DNA of 64,000 nucleotides, from the NCBI GenBank assembly GCA_937892215.1, contig CALAVE010000041.1, positions 7,271 through 71,270 on the forward strand. Direction: 5' to 3'. How positions within the stretch are numbered: the first letter of the stretch is position 1; each line of letters begins with the position of its first letter. Both the position numbers and the translations under genes were made by a program. Source of the stretch: an uncultured Porphyromonadaceae bacterium (GTDB lineage: Bacteria; Bacteroidota; Bacteroidia; Bacteroidales; Muribaculaceae). The notes beneath the pieces are model-generated. The model made no database searches and was not told the origin of the DNA. It saw only the letters and a program-made list of their open reading frames with translations. Positions 9,781 through 19,943 of the stretch are shown in pieces.

Positions 9781-11274
9781 TCAGTGGAACAAGCGTCGCA
9801 CTATCGGCAGCCGCTTCAGCATGCCTCCCAGTTTCTCGCGTCGCAGTATGAATCCGGCGAAAAGAAGCACCAGGAACGTGCGGAAGAATAGCGAAAGCCA
9901 AGCGTTTTCCACCGGTATCAGAAGGCATCCGGCCGTAATGAGCGTGGCCAGCACCACATACACCATCATGTCGCGTAGCGGGTAGCGGATGGGGTAATAC
10001 TTCTGCCCCACGAAGTAGCTCAGCAACATGGCTGTGCCGTAACCGGCGCAGCCGGCCCACGCGCAGGCCATGTAACCGTAGCGTGGCACGAATATCACGT
10101 TCACCGCAATCAGCACCGCACAGCCTATTCCCGAGAACCAAGCCCCCCAGATGGTCTTGTCAATCAACTTATACCAGAACGACAGGTTGAAATAGACACC
10201 CATCATAATCTCGGCGGCCATCACTATGGGCACCACCTTCAGTCCGCTCCAGTAGTCGGGGGCTATAATGTACTTCAGCACGTCGATCCACGCCACTACC
10301 GCCACATAGGCCAGCAGCGTGAATATCACAAAGTATTTCATTGCCTCGGCGTAGGTTTCGCGGTTATCTTTATCCTTGCTTCGCCCGAACACAAAGGGCT
10401 CGTAGGCATAGCGGAATGCCTGAGTAATCATGGCCATTATCATCGCTATCTTGCTCGCCGCACCGTAGATGCCCAGTTCCGACGTGGCTGTGTCGGAGTC
10501 ATAGAGGAACGGGAACAGTATCTTGTCGGCTGTCTGGTTAAGAATTCCGGCTATTCCCAGCACCAGTATGGGCCAACTGTAGCCCAGCATTCGCCTCAGC
10601 AGTTTTATGTCGAGGCGCCAGCGGATTTTCAGTTCCGGGATGAAGAACAGCGTTATCAGCGACGTGCACACAAGGTTCAGGAAGAACGCGTAGCCCACCC
10701 CTATCGTGGGGTCGTAAATCTTACCAATCAACTCAGGATTGCTCTCGTACCATGCCGGCAAAGCCACAAAATAGAGCAGATTGAGCATTATGTTCAGGAA
10801 AATGAACAGCAATTTCAGTGCGGCAAATTTCAGAGGTTTGTGCTTGTGGCGCAGATAGACAAACGGAATCGCCTGAAATGCGTCGAGTGCCACCACAACC
10901 GCCATCACGCCCACATATTCAGGGTGGTCCTCATACCCCATCGCATCGGCCACCCAGGGCAGGAAGCCCAGCACCATCGCCACAAAAGCGAGCGCCACCG
11001 CCCCTACCGCGATTAGCGTTGTTGAGTACACCGCCTTGGGGTCCTCGCCATCTTTGTTGGAAAACCGGAAAAACGTGGTCTCCATGCCAAACGTGAGCAG
11101 AACCAGCATCAGCGCTGTATAGGAATACACGTTCGTAATCACGCCATAACCGCCTTCGGCCGCAGCCAGTTTGGCCGTGTAGAGCGGAACGAGCAGATAG
11201 TTCAGGAACCTCCCGATTATGCTACTCAGCCCATATATTGCCGTGTCCTTAGCCAGCCCGCCTAACTTACCCAT
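9781..11274 (-). CDS. Polysaccharide flippase / MOP-superfamily (Wzx-like) exporter
   Basis: LAKDTAIYGLSSIIGRFLNYLLVP, FGMETTFFRF and AFRYAYEPF; roughly 12-14 hydrophobic segments. Confidence 0.88.
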   Translation of the reverse strand: MGKLGGLAKDTAIYGLSSIIGRFLNYLLVPLYTAKLAAAEGGYGVITNVYSYTALMLVLLTFGMETTFFRFSNKDGEDPKAVYSTTLIAVGAVALAFVAMVLGFLPWVADAMGYEDHPEYVGVMAVVVALDAFQAIPFVYLRHKHKPLKFAALKLLFIFLNIMLNLLYFVALPAWYESNPELIGKIYDPTIGVGYAFFLNLVCTSLITLFFIPELKIRWRLDIKLLRRMLGYSWPILVLGIAGILNQTADKILFPFLYDSDTATSELGIYGAASKIAMIMAMITQAFRYAYEPFVFGRSKDKDNRETYAEAMKYFVIFTLLAYVAVVAWIDVLKYIIAPDYWSGLKVVPIVMAAEIMMGVYFNLSFWYKLIDKTIWGAWFSGIGCAVLIAVNVIFVPRYGYMACAWAGCAGYGTAMLLSYFVGQKYYPIRYPLRDMMVYVVLATLITAGCLLIPVENAWLSLFFRTFLVLLFAGFILRREKLGGMLKRLPIVRRLFH

Positions 11275-11300
11275 AACTCACTTTGTTAATTTACAAGGAA

Positions 11301-12323
11301 TTAATCATCGAACAGGGACGACTGGTCACCAAAGCGCTTGCGATGCAGGTGCTTGTAAGCCAAGTCGGTAACTTCACGGCCACGAGGGGTGCGCATAATG
11401 AACCCTTCCTGAATCAGGTACGGCTCATACACCTCCTCCACCGTGCCGGCATCTTCGCTCAGTGCCGTTGCAATCGTGGATATGCCCACGGGGCCGCCGT
11501 GGAACTTATCGATGATTGTAAGCAGAATCTTGTTGTCAATCTCATCAAGTCCGTACTGGTCAATATTAAGAGCCTCAAGCGAGTAACGAGCAATCTCAGT
11601 GTCGATTTTGCCCGAGCCTTCCACCTGGGCGAAGTCGCGCACGCGCCTGAGCAGTGAATTGGCAATTCGTGGCGTGCCACGGCTCCGGCGCGCTATCTCC
11701 AGCGCCGCGTCGTCGGTTATAGGCACCGACAGCAACCGCGCCGAGCGCTTAACTATCTTTTCCAGCACATCGTGGGTGTAATACTCCAGGTGGCAGTTGA
11801 TGCCGAAGCGGGCACGCAGCGGCGACGTGAGCAGACCGCTGCGCGTGGTGGCTCCAATCAGAGTGAACGGCTCTAGGTTAAGTTGCACCGACCTTGCACC
11901 CGGGCCTTTGTCTATCATTATGTCTATCCGGTAGTCTTCCATGGCCGAATACAGGTACTCCTCCACTTCCGGGCTGAGGCGGTGTATCTCATCGATAAAC
12001 AGCACATCTCTCGGCTCAAGCGACGTGAGCAGTCCAGCCAAGTCACCCGGCTTGTCCAGCACCGGGCCTGATGTCACTTTGAACCCCACGCCCAGTTCGT
12101 TAGCGATAATGTTGCTCAGCGTGGTCTTTCCCAGTCCCGGAGGGCCGTGAAACAGGATATGGTCCAGAGCCTCGCCGCGCATCTTGGCTGCTGCCACAAA
12201 CACACGCAGATTCTTGATAATCTTTTCCTGGCCGGAAAAATCATTGAACTGCATGGGGCGCAGTGCCTTCTCAAAGTCCTTGTCGGCTACTGCCCGTTCG
12301 TTTCTTATGTCAAATTCTTCCAT
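11301..12323 (-). CDS. ruvB: Holliday junction branch-migration helicase RuvB
   Basis: [32 protein letters not shown] and TPRGR. Start placed at ATG 12323 (MEEFDIR) because the longer ORF overlaps the promoter. Confidence 0.98.
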   Translation of the reverse strand: MEEFDIRNERAVADKDFEKALRPMQFNDFSGQEKIIKNLRVFVAAAKMRGEALDHILFHGPPGLGKTTLSNIIANELGVGFKVTSGPVLDKPGDLAGLLTSLEPRDVLFIDEIHRLSPEVEEYLYSAMEDYRIDIMIDKGPGARSVQLNLEPFTLIGATTRSGLLTSPLRARFGINCHLEYYTHDVLEKIVKRSARLLSVPITDDAALEIARRSRGTPRIANSLLRRVRDFAQVEGSGKIDTEIARYSLEALNIDQYGLDEIDNKILLTIIDKFHGGPVGISTIATALSEDAGTVEEVYEPYLIQEGFIMRTPRGREVTDLAYKHLHRKRFGDQSSLFDD

Positions 12324-12327
12324 ATTG

Positions 12328-12359
12328 CAAAGATAGTGCAAACCGAGCGCAAACGCAAA
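12328..12359 (-). promoter_or_regulatory. ruvB promoter (TTTG-N20-TATCTTTG)
   Basis: -7 box at 12328-12335 and -33 TTTG at 12356-12359 on the minus strand. Confidence 0.65.
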
Positions 12360-12498
12360 TTTATTTGCACTTTGCCGAGGTGCAGCCTATCTTCCGCCAA
12401 GCGCAAGACAACATTTGTAACAGCGGTTTTTCTATCTCGCAACTTTTCACTACCTTTGTAGTCCACAAATTTGCAACAAACATTAAACACATACACTG

Positions 12499-13800
12499 AT
12501 GAGTAATATTAATTTCGTAGAAGAACTGAAATGGCGCGGCATGATTAACAACATCATGCCCGGTACCGAGGAACAACTCAAGAAAGAAATGACTTCGGCC
12601 TACGTAGGAATTGACCCGACGGCCGACTCGCTACATATAGGCCACCTGGTGAGCATAATGATGCTCAAGCACTTCCAGCGCGCGGGCCATCGCCCCATCG
12701 CTCTGGTGGGAGGCGCAACCGGCATGATTGGCGACCCGTCAATGAAATCGCAGGAGCGCAAACTCATCGACGAGGACACTCTGCGCCACAACCAGGAGTG
12801 TATCCGTCGCCAACTCGCGCACTTCCTGGATTTCGACAGCGACGCGCCAAACCACGCAATTCTGGTCAACAACTACGACTGGATGAAGAACTTCTCGTTC
12901 CTCAACTTTATTCGCGACATAGGCAAACACATCACAGTTAACTACATGATGGCTAAGGACTCTGTGAAGAAGCGCCTTGCAGCCAATGCCGACCATGGAA
13001 TGTCGTTCACCGAATTCTCGTACCAGTTGCTCCAAGGTTACGACTTCCTGTACCTCTACGAGCACGAGAACTGCCGGCTTCAGATGGGCGGAAGCGACCA
13101 GTGGGGCAACATCACCACCGGCACCGAACTGATTCGCCGCATGAACGGAGGCGAGGCATTTGCCATAACCTGCCCGCTAATAACCAAGGCCGACGGCGGC
13201 AAGTTCGGCAAGACCGAGAGCGGCAACGTGTGGCTTGATCCAAAACGCACCTCGCCCTACAAGTTCTACCAGTTCTGGCTCAACGTAAGCGATGCCGACG
13301 CGGCTAAATACATCAAGATTTTCACCGATCTCTCGAAAGAAGAGATTGAGAGCCTTGAAGCCGAACAGGCAGCAGACCCGGGACTGCGCCCGCTACAGAA
13401 GCGCCTTGCCAAGGAAATCACCATTATGGTCCACTCTGAAAAAGATTACGAAATGGCTGTGGAGGCATCTCAGATACTGTTCTCGAACAAGGCCAAGGAC
13501 ATCCTGCACAAAATTGACGAGGACACTTTGCTTTCGGTTTTTGAAGGAGTTCCCACATTCGAGGTGAGCCGCGAAAAACTTCAGGCCGGTGTGCCTCTTA
13601 TCAACCTTGTGGTGGAAGATGCCGCGGTATTCCCCTCTAAGGGCGAGATGCGCAAACTCACACAGGGCGGCGGCGTGAGCGTGAACAAAGAGAAAGTTGC
13701 CGACCCCAATATGCTCATCACCACTGAGCACTTGCTCAACGAAAAGTACATCCTTGCTCAGCGCGGCAAGAAGAACTATTATCTGCTCATCGCCAAGTAA
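12499..13800 (+). CDS. tyrS: Tyrosyl-tRNA synthetase
   Basis: [27 protein letters not shown]-terminal S4 domain; TACCTTTG box at 12451-12458. Confidence 0.99.
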   Translation: MSNINFVEELKWRGMINNIMPGTEEQLKKEMTSAYVGIDPTADSLHIGHLVSIMMLKHFQRAGHRPIALVGGATGMIGDPSMKSQERKLIDEDTLRHNQECIRRQLAHFLDFDSDAPNHAILVNNYDWMKNFSFLNFIRDIGKHITVNYMMAKDSVKKRLAANADHGMSFTEFSYQLLQGYDFLYLYEHENCRLQMGGSDQWGNITTGTELIRRMNGGEAFAITCPLITKADGGKFGKTESGNVWLDPKRTSPYKFYQFWLNVSDADAAKYIKIFTDLSKEEIESLEAEQAADPGLRPLQKRLAKEITIMVHSEKDYEMAVEASQILFSNKAKDILHKIDEDTLLSVFEGVPTFEVSREKLQAGVPLINLVVEDAAVFPSKGEMRKLTQGGGVSVNKEKVADPNMLITTEHLLNEKYILAQRGKKNYYLLIAK

Positions 13801-13891
13801 ACTGGCGCTCGTGCCGCATTATTTTGGTAATTTTATAGGCGGCATATCACGAAAAGTTCACAAAAAAGTTTATGCTGTTAAACTTTTTTAC

Positions 13892-13899
13892 TAACTTTG
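13892..13899 (+). promoter_or_regulatory. -7 box (TAACTTTG) for tRNA-Gln
   Basis: Matches the consensus about 40 nt upstream of the tRNA. Confidence 0.6.
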
Positions 13900-13938
13900 C
13901 AACGCAATTGCGACGAAGAGTCACTGATTGTTAGGGAT

Positions 13939-14012
13939 TGTCCTATAGTGTAATGGTAACACAACGGTTTTTGGTGCCGCATTTCCTGGTTCGAGTCCGG
14001 GTAGGACAACCA
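13939..14012 (+). tRNA. tRNA-Gln (anticodon TTG), CCA encoded
   Basis: Acceptor stem TGTCCTA/TAGGACA, D arm GTG..CAC, anticodon loop TT-TTG-GT, T arm CCTGG-TTCGAGT-CCGGG, then A-CCA. Confidence 0.95.
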
Positions 14013-14014
14013 CT

Positions 14015-14046
14015 GAGGGTTCCGTATTAGCGGAGCCCTCTTTTTT
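14015..14046 (+). terminator. Intrinsic terminator after tRNA-Gln
   Basis: GAGGGTTCCG-TATTAG-CGGAGCCCTC followed by T6. Confidence 0.9.
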
Positions 14047-14066
14047 GCAGCAGAGCAGCCTGTAAC

Positions 14067-15191
14067 TCAGCCTATTCGCTTTAGGAAGCGTTCTATGCGC
14101 TGGTGACTTTCCAGCAGTCGGCCGTATGGGATCTGCCCGTTTTTCACCAGCCTGACTATTGTATCTATCAGGAAATCAGGTCTATCCGGTTCAAATCCGG
14201 TGGGAATATTGTTCCCCGCAAGAATCAGGTCGGCACCGGCATTTATGGCGAGAGCCAAGGCCTGCGATATGCTATAATGGTCAATGATACCTTCCATATA
14301 CAGGTCATCGGTAATCACAAGGCCGTCGTATCCCAGTTCACCACGCAGCAAGTCGTGTATGGTTCGCCGTGAAAGTGTAGCCGGGTATGCCGGGTCGATG
14401 TTGCTGTTATAGATATGCGCTGTCATCACCACATCCACAAGCCCCTTCTGCATGAGTTTGCGATATGGCTCCAGTTCGCTTCGCTGCCAGGTGCCGGAAA
14501 CGTCCACAAGCCCGTAGTGCGAGTCGGTCGTAGCATTGCCGTGTCCCGGAAAATGCTTCACCGCGCACATCACGCCCCCACGGTGGTGCTCTCGGATAGT
14601 CCATTCGGCATGGCGCGCTATCACATCCACGTCTCCGGAGAAACTGCGGCGGAAATGGCCAATCGGCGGACAGTCGTCACGATGCACGTCGAGCAGTGGG
14701 GCGAGATTCAAGTTTATGCCAGTCCGAGCCACATCTCTCACAAGCTGCCTTGAATAGAACACGGTGGTGTCGCGGCAATCAGTATCACCAAGATATTTTG
14801 CAGTCACAGTGGGCGAGAATCCGTAGCGCTCTTTCAGGCGGCAAACCAGGCCACCTTCCTGGTCGGCGGCTATTATGAGCGGATAAGTGGCGAGCGAGCG
14901 AAGTTTCGCGGTCATCAAGCGCAACTGCTCAGGCGACGTAACGTTTCGCGACCCGAGTTTGCCTGTGCCGGTGAGGTCTATGTCAAAGAGAATAATGCCG
15001 CCCACTTTCAAGTCGCGCACATAATGCGCAGCATCGCAGCTGTCGGTCACCGCGTCACCGCGAAATCCCACCACCAGCATTTGGGCCGCATAATGGCGAA
15101 GCACCGAATCGGGTGGCAAATACTGCCCGTGCGCGGCAAGCACGGCCACAACAGCCAGCGCTGCAGTTATCATTGTTTTCTTTAAGTCCAT
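14067..15191 (-). CDS. GH3 beta-N-acetylhexosaminidase (NagZ-like), exported
   Basis: AADQEGG, NLAP, KHFPGHG..DSH and ITDDL motifs; signal peptide. Start ATG 15191 (or GTG 15197); TAACTTTG box at 15224-15231. Confidence 0.9.
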   Translation of the reverse strand: MDLKKTMITAALAVVAVLAAHGQYLPPDSVLRHYAAQMLVVGFRGDAVTDSCDAAHYVRDLKVGGIILFDIDLTGTGKLGSRNVTSPEQLRLMTAKLRSLATYPLIIAADQEGGLVCRLKERYGFSPTVTAKYLGDTDCRDTTVFYSRQLVRDVARTGINLNLAPLLDVHRDDCPPIGHFRRSFSGDVDVIARHAEWTIREHHRGGVMCAVKHFPGHGNATTDSHYGLVDVSGTWQRSELEPYRKLMQKGLVDVVMTAHIYNSNIDPAYPATLSRRTIHDLLRGELGYDGLVITDDLYMEGIIDHYSISQALALAINAGADLILAGNNIPTGFEPDRPDFLIDTIVRLVKNGQIPYGRLLESHQRIERFLKRIG

Positions 15192-15286
15192 ACTCACCTA
15201 TTTTCTTTTAATTTCGTGTATCGCAAAGTTAATCACAACAGACCAAAGAGCCAAATTTTCACACCAACTCTTACTCTGAATACGCT

Positions 15287-15330
15287 AAAAAAGAAGGTGA
15301 AGGCAGAAAACTAATAAAACTGCCCTCACC
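15287..15330 (-). terminator. Intrinsic terminator
   Basis: Minus strand GGTGAGGGCAG-loop-CTGCCTTCACC followed by TTCTTTTTT. Confidence 0.75.
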
Positions 15331-15420
15331 CAGTGATGTTTTTCCGGATTAAATTTTACGATTAATGCATAAAAACAAGCCTAAAACAAATCATATTTTA
15401 TTATAAAAACCTAATCTATG
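15287..15420 (-). ncRNA. Candidate ~130-nt small RNA
   Basis: Promoter-like TTG-N~20-TTACTTTG at 15424-15454, terminator at 15287-15330, no substantial ORF between them. Confidence 0.4.
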
Positions 15421-15525
15421 TTGCAAAGTAAAAGCAAAACGCACTATTTTGCAACAATTATAGACTAAAAGAAAGATTTTATAGACCAATTTTGAATTTT
15501 TCCGCCAGTTTGGCTTAAGCAAGTC

Positions 15526-16482
15526 TCAGAAGCGGCTTGCTATTATTCGGAATAATCGCTTTCCGCAGTAGGATAATATGATGGCCAACTTATTGAATCT
15601 GCGCACACGCTTGTCACGAAGACATCCCGCACGCAGACGCCGGATGGTAGTCCAGCTTTGCTCCAAAGCATCATGGTATTCACTCAGCGATTCATCAGGC
15701 ACTTTACGCATCATGTTAAAGCTGGCACTTAACAGACGGCTTCTGATAGCCGGCAGAAAGCGCGGAGCCTCGATTTCCACCCGTTGTTCCAGTTCACCCA
15801 GTATTCGCAGCACCACAGTCCGCTCTGGCTTGAACTTGCCCATAGTGCTGTCGTGCCGGCGAATGTAATAATAGTAAGAGTTGGCCGTATAAGCCACACC
15901 TCGCTTGGCACGCATCAGCAGCGGGTATTCAGCCCACAAGTCCTCAAACACTTGCCCCTCCTTGAACTTGAAGTTCCTGAAGAGTTCCGCCCTGAACAGC
16001 CGCCTGCAAAGTGAATTTTTCAGTCTTTCCTGATAAAAAGAAGAGTAAACAGCCTCATCCTGAGAAAAAACCTTTTCTTGCACTTCATCATTCCGAGCCT
16101 TAATAAGAGGCCTTGAACTGCTTAATTCCGTCCATTCACATTCTGCTATATCAGAGTCATATCTATCCATAATTGAGGATAATACTTCGATGAAATGAGG
16201 CGAAACGGCATCATCACTGTCCACAAACGACACCCGCTCGCCCGAGGCAGCAGCAAGGCCCGCATTACGGGCCGCCGCTACTCCACCGTGCTGAACGCTC
16301 ACCAGTTTTATCCGCTTGTCGGCATCGGCGAGTTTACGGCACACCTCCGCACTACCGTCAGTGCTACCGTCGTCCACAAGTATCAGTTCAAATTTCTGGT
16401 ATGACTGCCGTAGCACACTATCCACACACCGGGGCAGATAACGCCCGGTGTTATAGACAGGTATGATTACCGAAACAAGCAT
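15526..16482 (-). CDS. Glycosyltransferase family 2
   Basis: VSVIIPVYN, LVDDGSTD, GVAAARN, FVDSDD and FED. Confidence 0.95.
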   Translation of the reverse strand: MLVSVIIPVYNTGRYLPRCVDSVLRQSYQKFELILVDDGSTDGSAEVCRKLADADKRIKLVSVQHGGVAAARNAGLAAASGERVSFVDSDDAVSPHFIEVLSSIMDRYDSDIAECEWTELSSSRPLIKARNDEVQEKVFSQDEAVYSSFYQERLKNSLCRRLFRAELFRNFKFKEGQVFEDLWAEYPLLMRAKRGVAYTANSYYYYIRRHDSTMGKFKPERTVVLRILGELEQRVEIEAPRFLPAIRSRLLSASFNMMRKVPDESLSEYHDALEQSWTTIRRLRAGCLRDKRVRRFNKLAIILSYCGKRLFRIIASRF

Positions 16483-16552
16483 AAAATGGTAGGGGTCAGA
16501 TTATTAGCACTTCTATTCTTTCTTATCGTAAAAAAAGGTTCTGAGCGGAAAG

Positions 16553-18016
16553 TTAACGAACTTTCCACTCAAAACCGTCTTTCGTATCTTTTACGTCAAA
16601 GCCCGCCTCGTTGAGCCGGTCGCGAATAAGGTCGCTCGTGGCCCAGTCCCGGGCAGCCTTAGCGTTTTTTCTCACCTCCAGAAGCAGGTCCACCGCTTTC
16701 TTGTAAGGCGTCAGGTCCACGCCGTCGCCTCCGGCAGAATCATCACGCACACCCAGCACATCGAAGAGGTACGTGCCGAATACCGACTTCAGTTCCTCAA
16801 TGTCATGGGCTGTGAGCGTGGCATTTCCGTCGTTTACCTGGTTCACCACCTTGCAGGCATCGAAGAGTGTAGCTATCACGATGGGAGTGTTAAGGTCATC
16901 GTCCATAGCCTCGGCGCATCGGCTGCGAAATTCCGCCACGCTAACCGAGGAAGTGTCAGCCGGCTTAAGTTCCTGCAAGCGATGCCAGCCGTCGAGCATT
17001 CGCTCGTAGGCTTTCTCAGCCGCTTTGAGAGCTTCGTTGGAGAAGTCCACCGTGCCGCGATAATGAGCCTGCAGAATGAAGAAGCGCACCGTCATTGGCG
17101 AGTAGGCCTGCTCCAGCAGTTCATGGTCACCGGTAAAGAATTGTTCAAGCGTAATAAAATTCCCCAGCGACTTACCCATCTTCTTGCCGTTGATGGTAAT
17201 CATGTTGTTGTGCATCCAGTAGCGTACCATCGGTTCGCCCTGACTCGCAACGGCTTGTGCTATTTCACACTCGTGGTGCGGGAACACGAGGTCCATTCCG
17301 CCTCCGTGTATATCGAAGTGACTGCCCAGATACTTGCGCCCCATAGCCGTGCACTCGCAGTGCCAGCCCGGGAATCCGTCGCTCCACGGCGACGGCCAGC
17401 GCATTATATGCTCGGGCTGAGCCTTCTTCCACAGGGCGAAATCGGCTTGCGCACGTTTCTCCCCAACTCCGTCCAATTCGCGGCTGGCATTACGCACTTC
17501 GTCCAAATTTCTACCGGAAAGCACGCCGTACTTGTGGTCACGGTCGTACTTCTCCACATCGAAGTACACACTGCCATTGCTCTCGTAGGCGTATCCGTTG
17601 GCAAGAATTTCTTTTACAAGTTCCTCTTGCTCTATTATGTGGCCGGTGGCATGAGGCTCTATGCTGGGCGGCAACACGTTAAGCGCCGCCATCGCGGCAT
17701 GATAGCGATTGGTATAGTATTGCGCCACCTCCATCGGTTCCAGTTGCTCCAGTCGTGCCTTCTTTGCTATTTTGTCTTCTCCTTCATCGGCATCATGCTC
17801 CAGATGCCCCACATCAGTTATGTTTCTCACATAGCGCACTTTGTACCCTAACTGTTTCATGTAGCGGAAAAGCACGTCGAATGTTATTGACGGCCGTGCG
17901 TGGCCCAGATGCGGATCGCCATAGACCGTGGGACCGCACACATACATTCCCACACGTCCTTCGTGAATGGGCACAAAACGCTCTTTCAGTCTTGTGAGTG
18001 TGTTATATATCAGCAT
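16553..18016 (-). CDS. cysS: Cysteinyl-tRNA synthetase
   Basis: [26 protein letters not shown] and KMGKS. Confidence 0.99.
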   Translation of the reverse strand: MLIYNTLTRLKERFVPIHEGRVGMYVCGPTVYGDPHLGHARPSITFDVLFRYMKQLGYKVRYVRNITDVGHLEHDADEGEDKIAKKARLEQLEPMEVAQYYTNRYHAAMAALNVLPPSIEPHATGHIIEQEELVKEILANGYAYESNGSVYFDVEKYDRDHKYGVLSGRNLDEVRNASRELDGVGEKRAQADFALWKKAQPEHIMRWPSPWSDGFPGWHCECTAMGRKYLGSHFDIHGGGMDLVFPHHECEIAQAVASQGEPMVRYWMHNNMITINGKKMGKSLGNFITLEQFFTGDHELLEQAYSPMTVRFFILQAHYRGTVDFSNEALKAAEKAYERMLDGWHRLQELKPADTSSVSVAEFRSRCAEAMDDDLNTPIVIATLFDACKVVNQVNDGNATLTAHDIEELKSVFGTYLFDVLGVRDDSAGGDGVDLTPYKKAVDLLLEVRKNAKAARDWATSDLIRDRLNEAGFDVKDTKDGFEWKVR

Positions 18017-18047
18017 ATTGAATCAATCTCTTAATACTCACCAATCA

Positions 18048-18371
18048 TTAGGCTTGACCTTGGGGTATGTTGAATGTGATGGGGCCGTTTCCGCCACCCG
18101 GCTTGCGCGGCACTATCTCGCCGAAGGTCATCTCATATTTTCTCACATTCTCCTGGAGTGCGGCCAGCAGTTGCTTAGCGTTCTCGGGAGTCATAATATT
18201 ACGGCTCTGCACACGAGCCTTAGGCGTGTTAGGGGCCAGCAAAATCATGTCGATAAAGAAATCGTTAGGTCCGTGGCTAATTACTGCCAGGTTAGAGTAA
18301 CGCCCTTGCATCTCGTCGGCGGGCACTTCAATCTGAAGTTGTCCTTGCTTTTGGTTGTTGTCGTTTGCCAT
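18048..18371 (-). CDS. DUF3467-family protein
   Basis: G.YSNLAVISH...F..D...P..PKARVQSR.IMTPENAK..L.AL.EN..KYE..FG pattern. Confidence 0.8.
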   Translation of the reverse strand: MANDNNQKQGQLQIEVPADEMQGRYSNLAVISHGPNDFFIDMILLAPNTPKARVQSRNIMTPENAKQLLAALQENVRKYEMTFGEIVPRKPGGGNGPITFNIPQGQA

Positions 18372-18459
18372 TTCTGTCTGTATTTTTTTTGTTAATAATA
18401 ATCTTAATTCTCTATGAGGAAATTGCCAAAATTCTTCGATGAAATGGGCATTTTTCCCT

Positions 18460-19125
18460 TTATCTCATACTGAACACATACTCACTCACATCGGGCCGAA
18501 CCACATCGGTGAGATGCACTCGCAAAGCGCGGCAGGTGGTGCGCTTCAGAAGCACTCCCACGTTGAACGACGCATAGCAGTCACGCCAGTGCAGCGGTTT
18601 CTGCCCTTTGAGGTCGTGTACCAGATAGCAGTCAACCACCTCGTTATCTCGCGTGGCATCATCCATCATCAGATAGAACGAACGCGCCTCTCCGGTGTAT
18701 TCCACCTGGCACCTCAGATTAATAAACTCGCCTGTCTGCCAGATGCTTCTCAGCCGCAACTCGTGCATTTCATACTCTTCCAGAGGCAACTTGTTAACAC
18801 GCAGCGAATCACTAATGATGCCGGTGATGCCATATATGCCTATCAGCGAATGCCCCGCTTGCTCATCCATAACCTTGTAACGCATCAGCACTCTGTGGTC
18901 TTTCTCTATATCGGGTTCAGCGATGCCTCGCGCTTCAAGTTCAGTTATCTCTCCCGACCTGTCCACATACTGAAAATATGCGATTGCTTCGGAAAAATTC
19001 TTATATGTCACTATATCCAGCCGAAAGTCTTCCAGAGCGCCATAATCGGCATCGCCATTACCACAAGAAGTGGCAAGCGACACCACTAAGCCGAGGGCAA
19101 ATATGTGAAAAAAGTGCGATTTCAT
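18460..19125 (-). CDS. NigD-like lipoprotein
   Basis: Lipobox [16 protein letters not shown] and LVHD..G..ASFN resemble the NigD C-domain; ATGA overlap with lolD. Confidence 0.6.
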   Translation of the reverse strand: MKSHFFHIFALGLVVSLATSCGNGDADYGALEDFRLDIVTYKNFSEAIAYFQYVDRSGEITELEARGIAEPDIEKDHRVLMRYKVMDEQAGHSLIGIYGITGIISDSLRVNKLPLEEYEMHELRLRSIWQTGEFINLRCQVEYTGEARSFYLMMDDATRDNEVVDCYLVHDLKGQKPLHWRDCYASFNVGVLLKRTTCRALRVHLTDVVRPDVSEYVFSMR

Positions 19126-19832
19126 CGAAGATTTTCGCCAATTGTTTCATTTAATTTCTCATTCGAACAGTCCGCGCCTTCAGCTACGATAACACCGTCG
19201 CGCATGTGCAACACTCTGTCACACTCAGCCGCAAGTGATTCATCATGAGTAACAATCACAAACGTCTGCTTCAACTCATTACGCAAACGGAAAAAGAGCT
19301 CGTGCAGTTCGCGCTTGTTCCGGCTGTCGAGACTTCCGCTGGGCTCATCGGCAAGCACCACTTTGGGGCTGTTAATCAGCGCCCGCGCCACAGCCACGCG
19401 CTGCCTCTCACCACCGCTCAACTGGGCCGGCTTGTGGCTCAATCGGTCGGTAAGTCCCATATACTCAAGCAATTCAGCAGCGCGCTTTTCGGCTTGAGCC
19501 CTCTTAGTTCCGCCAATAAGTGCCGGTATCATCACATTCTCAAGTGTGGTGAACTCCGGCAGCAACTGATGAAACTGGAAGACGAACCCCACGTTTCGGT
19601 TACGGAACCGCGCCAGCTCTTTTCCGCGCAATTTCACCACGTCCTCGCCGCCTATCAGGACCGAACCGGAGTCGGGGGTGCCGAGCGTGCCCAGGATTTG
19701 CAGCAATGTGGTCTTGCCGGCACCGCTTGGCCCAACAATGCACACCACCTCGCCTTCACCGATGCTGATGTTCACGCCACGGAGCACCTGAAGCGACCCG
19801 AAACGCTTGGTTATGTCTCTTGCCTGAATCAT
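19122..19832 (-). CDS. lolD: Lipoprotein-release ABC ATPase LolD
   Basis: [36 protein letters not shown] and VTHD. Start at ATG 19832. Confidence 0.85.
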   Translation of the reverse strand: MIQARDITKRFGSLQVLRGVNISIGEGEVVCIVGPSGAGKTTLLQILGTLGTPDSGSVLIGGEDVVKLRGKELARFRNRNVGFVFQFHQLLPEFTTLENVMIPALIGGTKRAQAEKRAAELLEYMGLTDRLSHKPAQLSGGERQRVAVARALINSPKVVLADEPSGSLDSRNKRELHELFFRLRNELKQTFVIVTHDESLAAECDRVLHMRDGVIVAEGADCSNEKLNETIGENLR

Positions 19833-19903
19833 AAGTGAGCACAAAGTTACAAATTTTTGTTATAATTCGCCCCGAAAATGCCCTAATTATCATAAGATTT
19901 TCT

Positions 19904-19911
19904 TAATTTTG
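19904..19911 (+). promoter_or_regulatory. -7 box (TAATTTTG) heading the tubulin/actin-like operon
   Basis: Matches the consensus 32 nt upstream of ATG 19944. Confidence 0.6.
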
Positions 19912-19943
19912 TGGGTTTAATTGCAGTAAAAGGCACAAATAAT

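Noticed and set aside
13939..14046. tRNA-Gln as an integration site or pseudo-tRNA
   Set aside because: No duplicated 3' end or integrase seen. One A-C mismatch at the top of the anticodon stem is tolerable, and promoter and terminator are intact.
16805..17851. 348-aa + strand ORF
   Set aside because: Antisense shadow of cysS with no motifs
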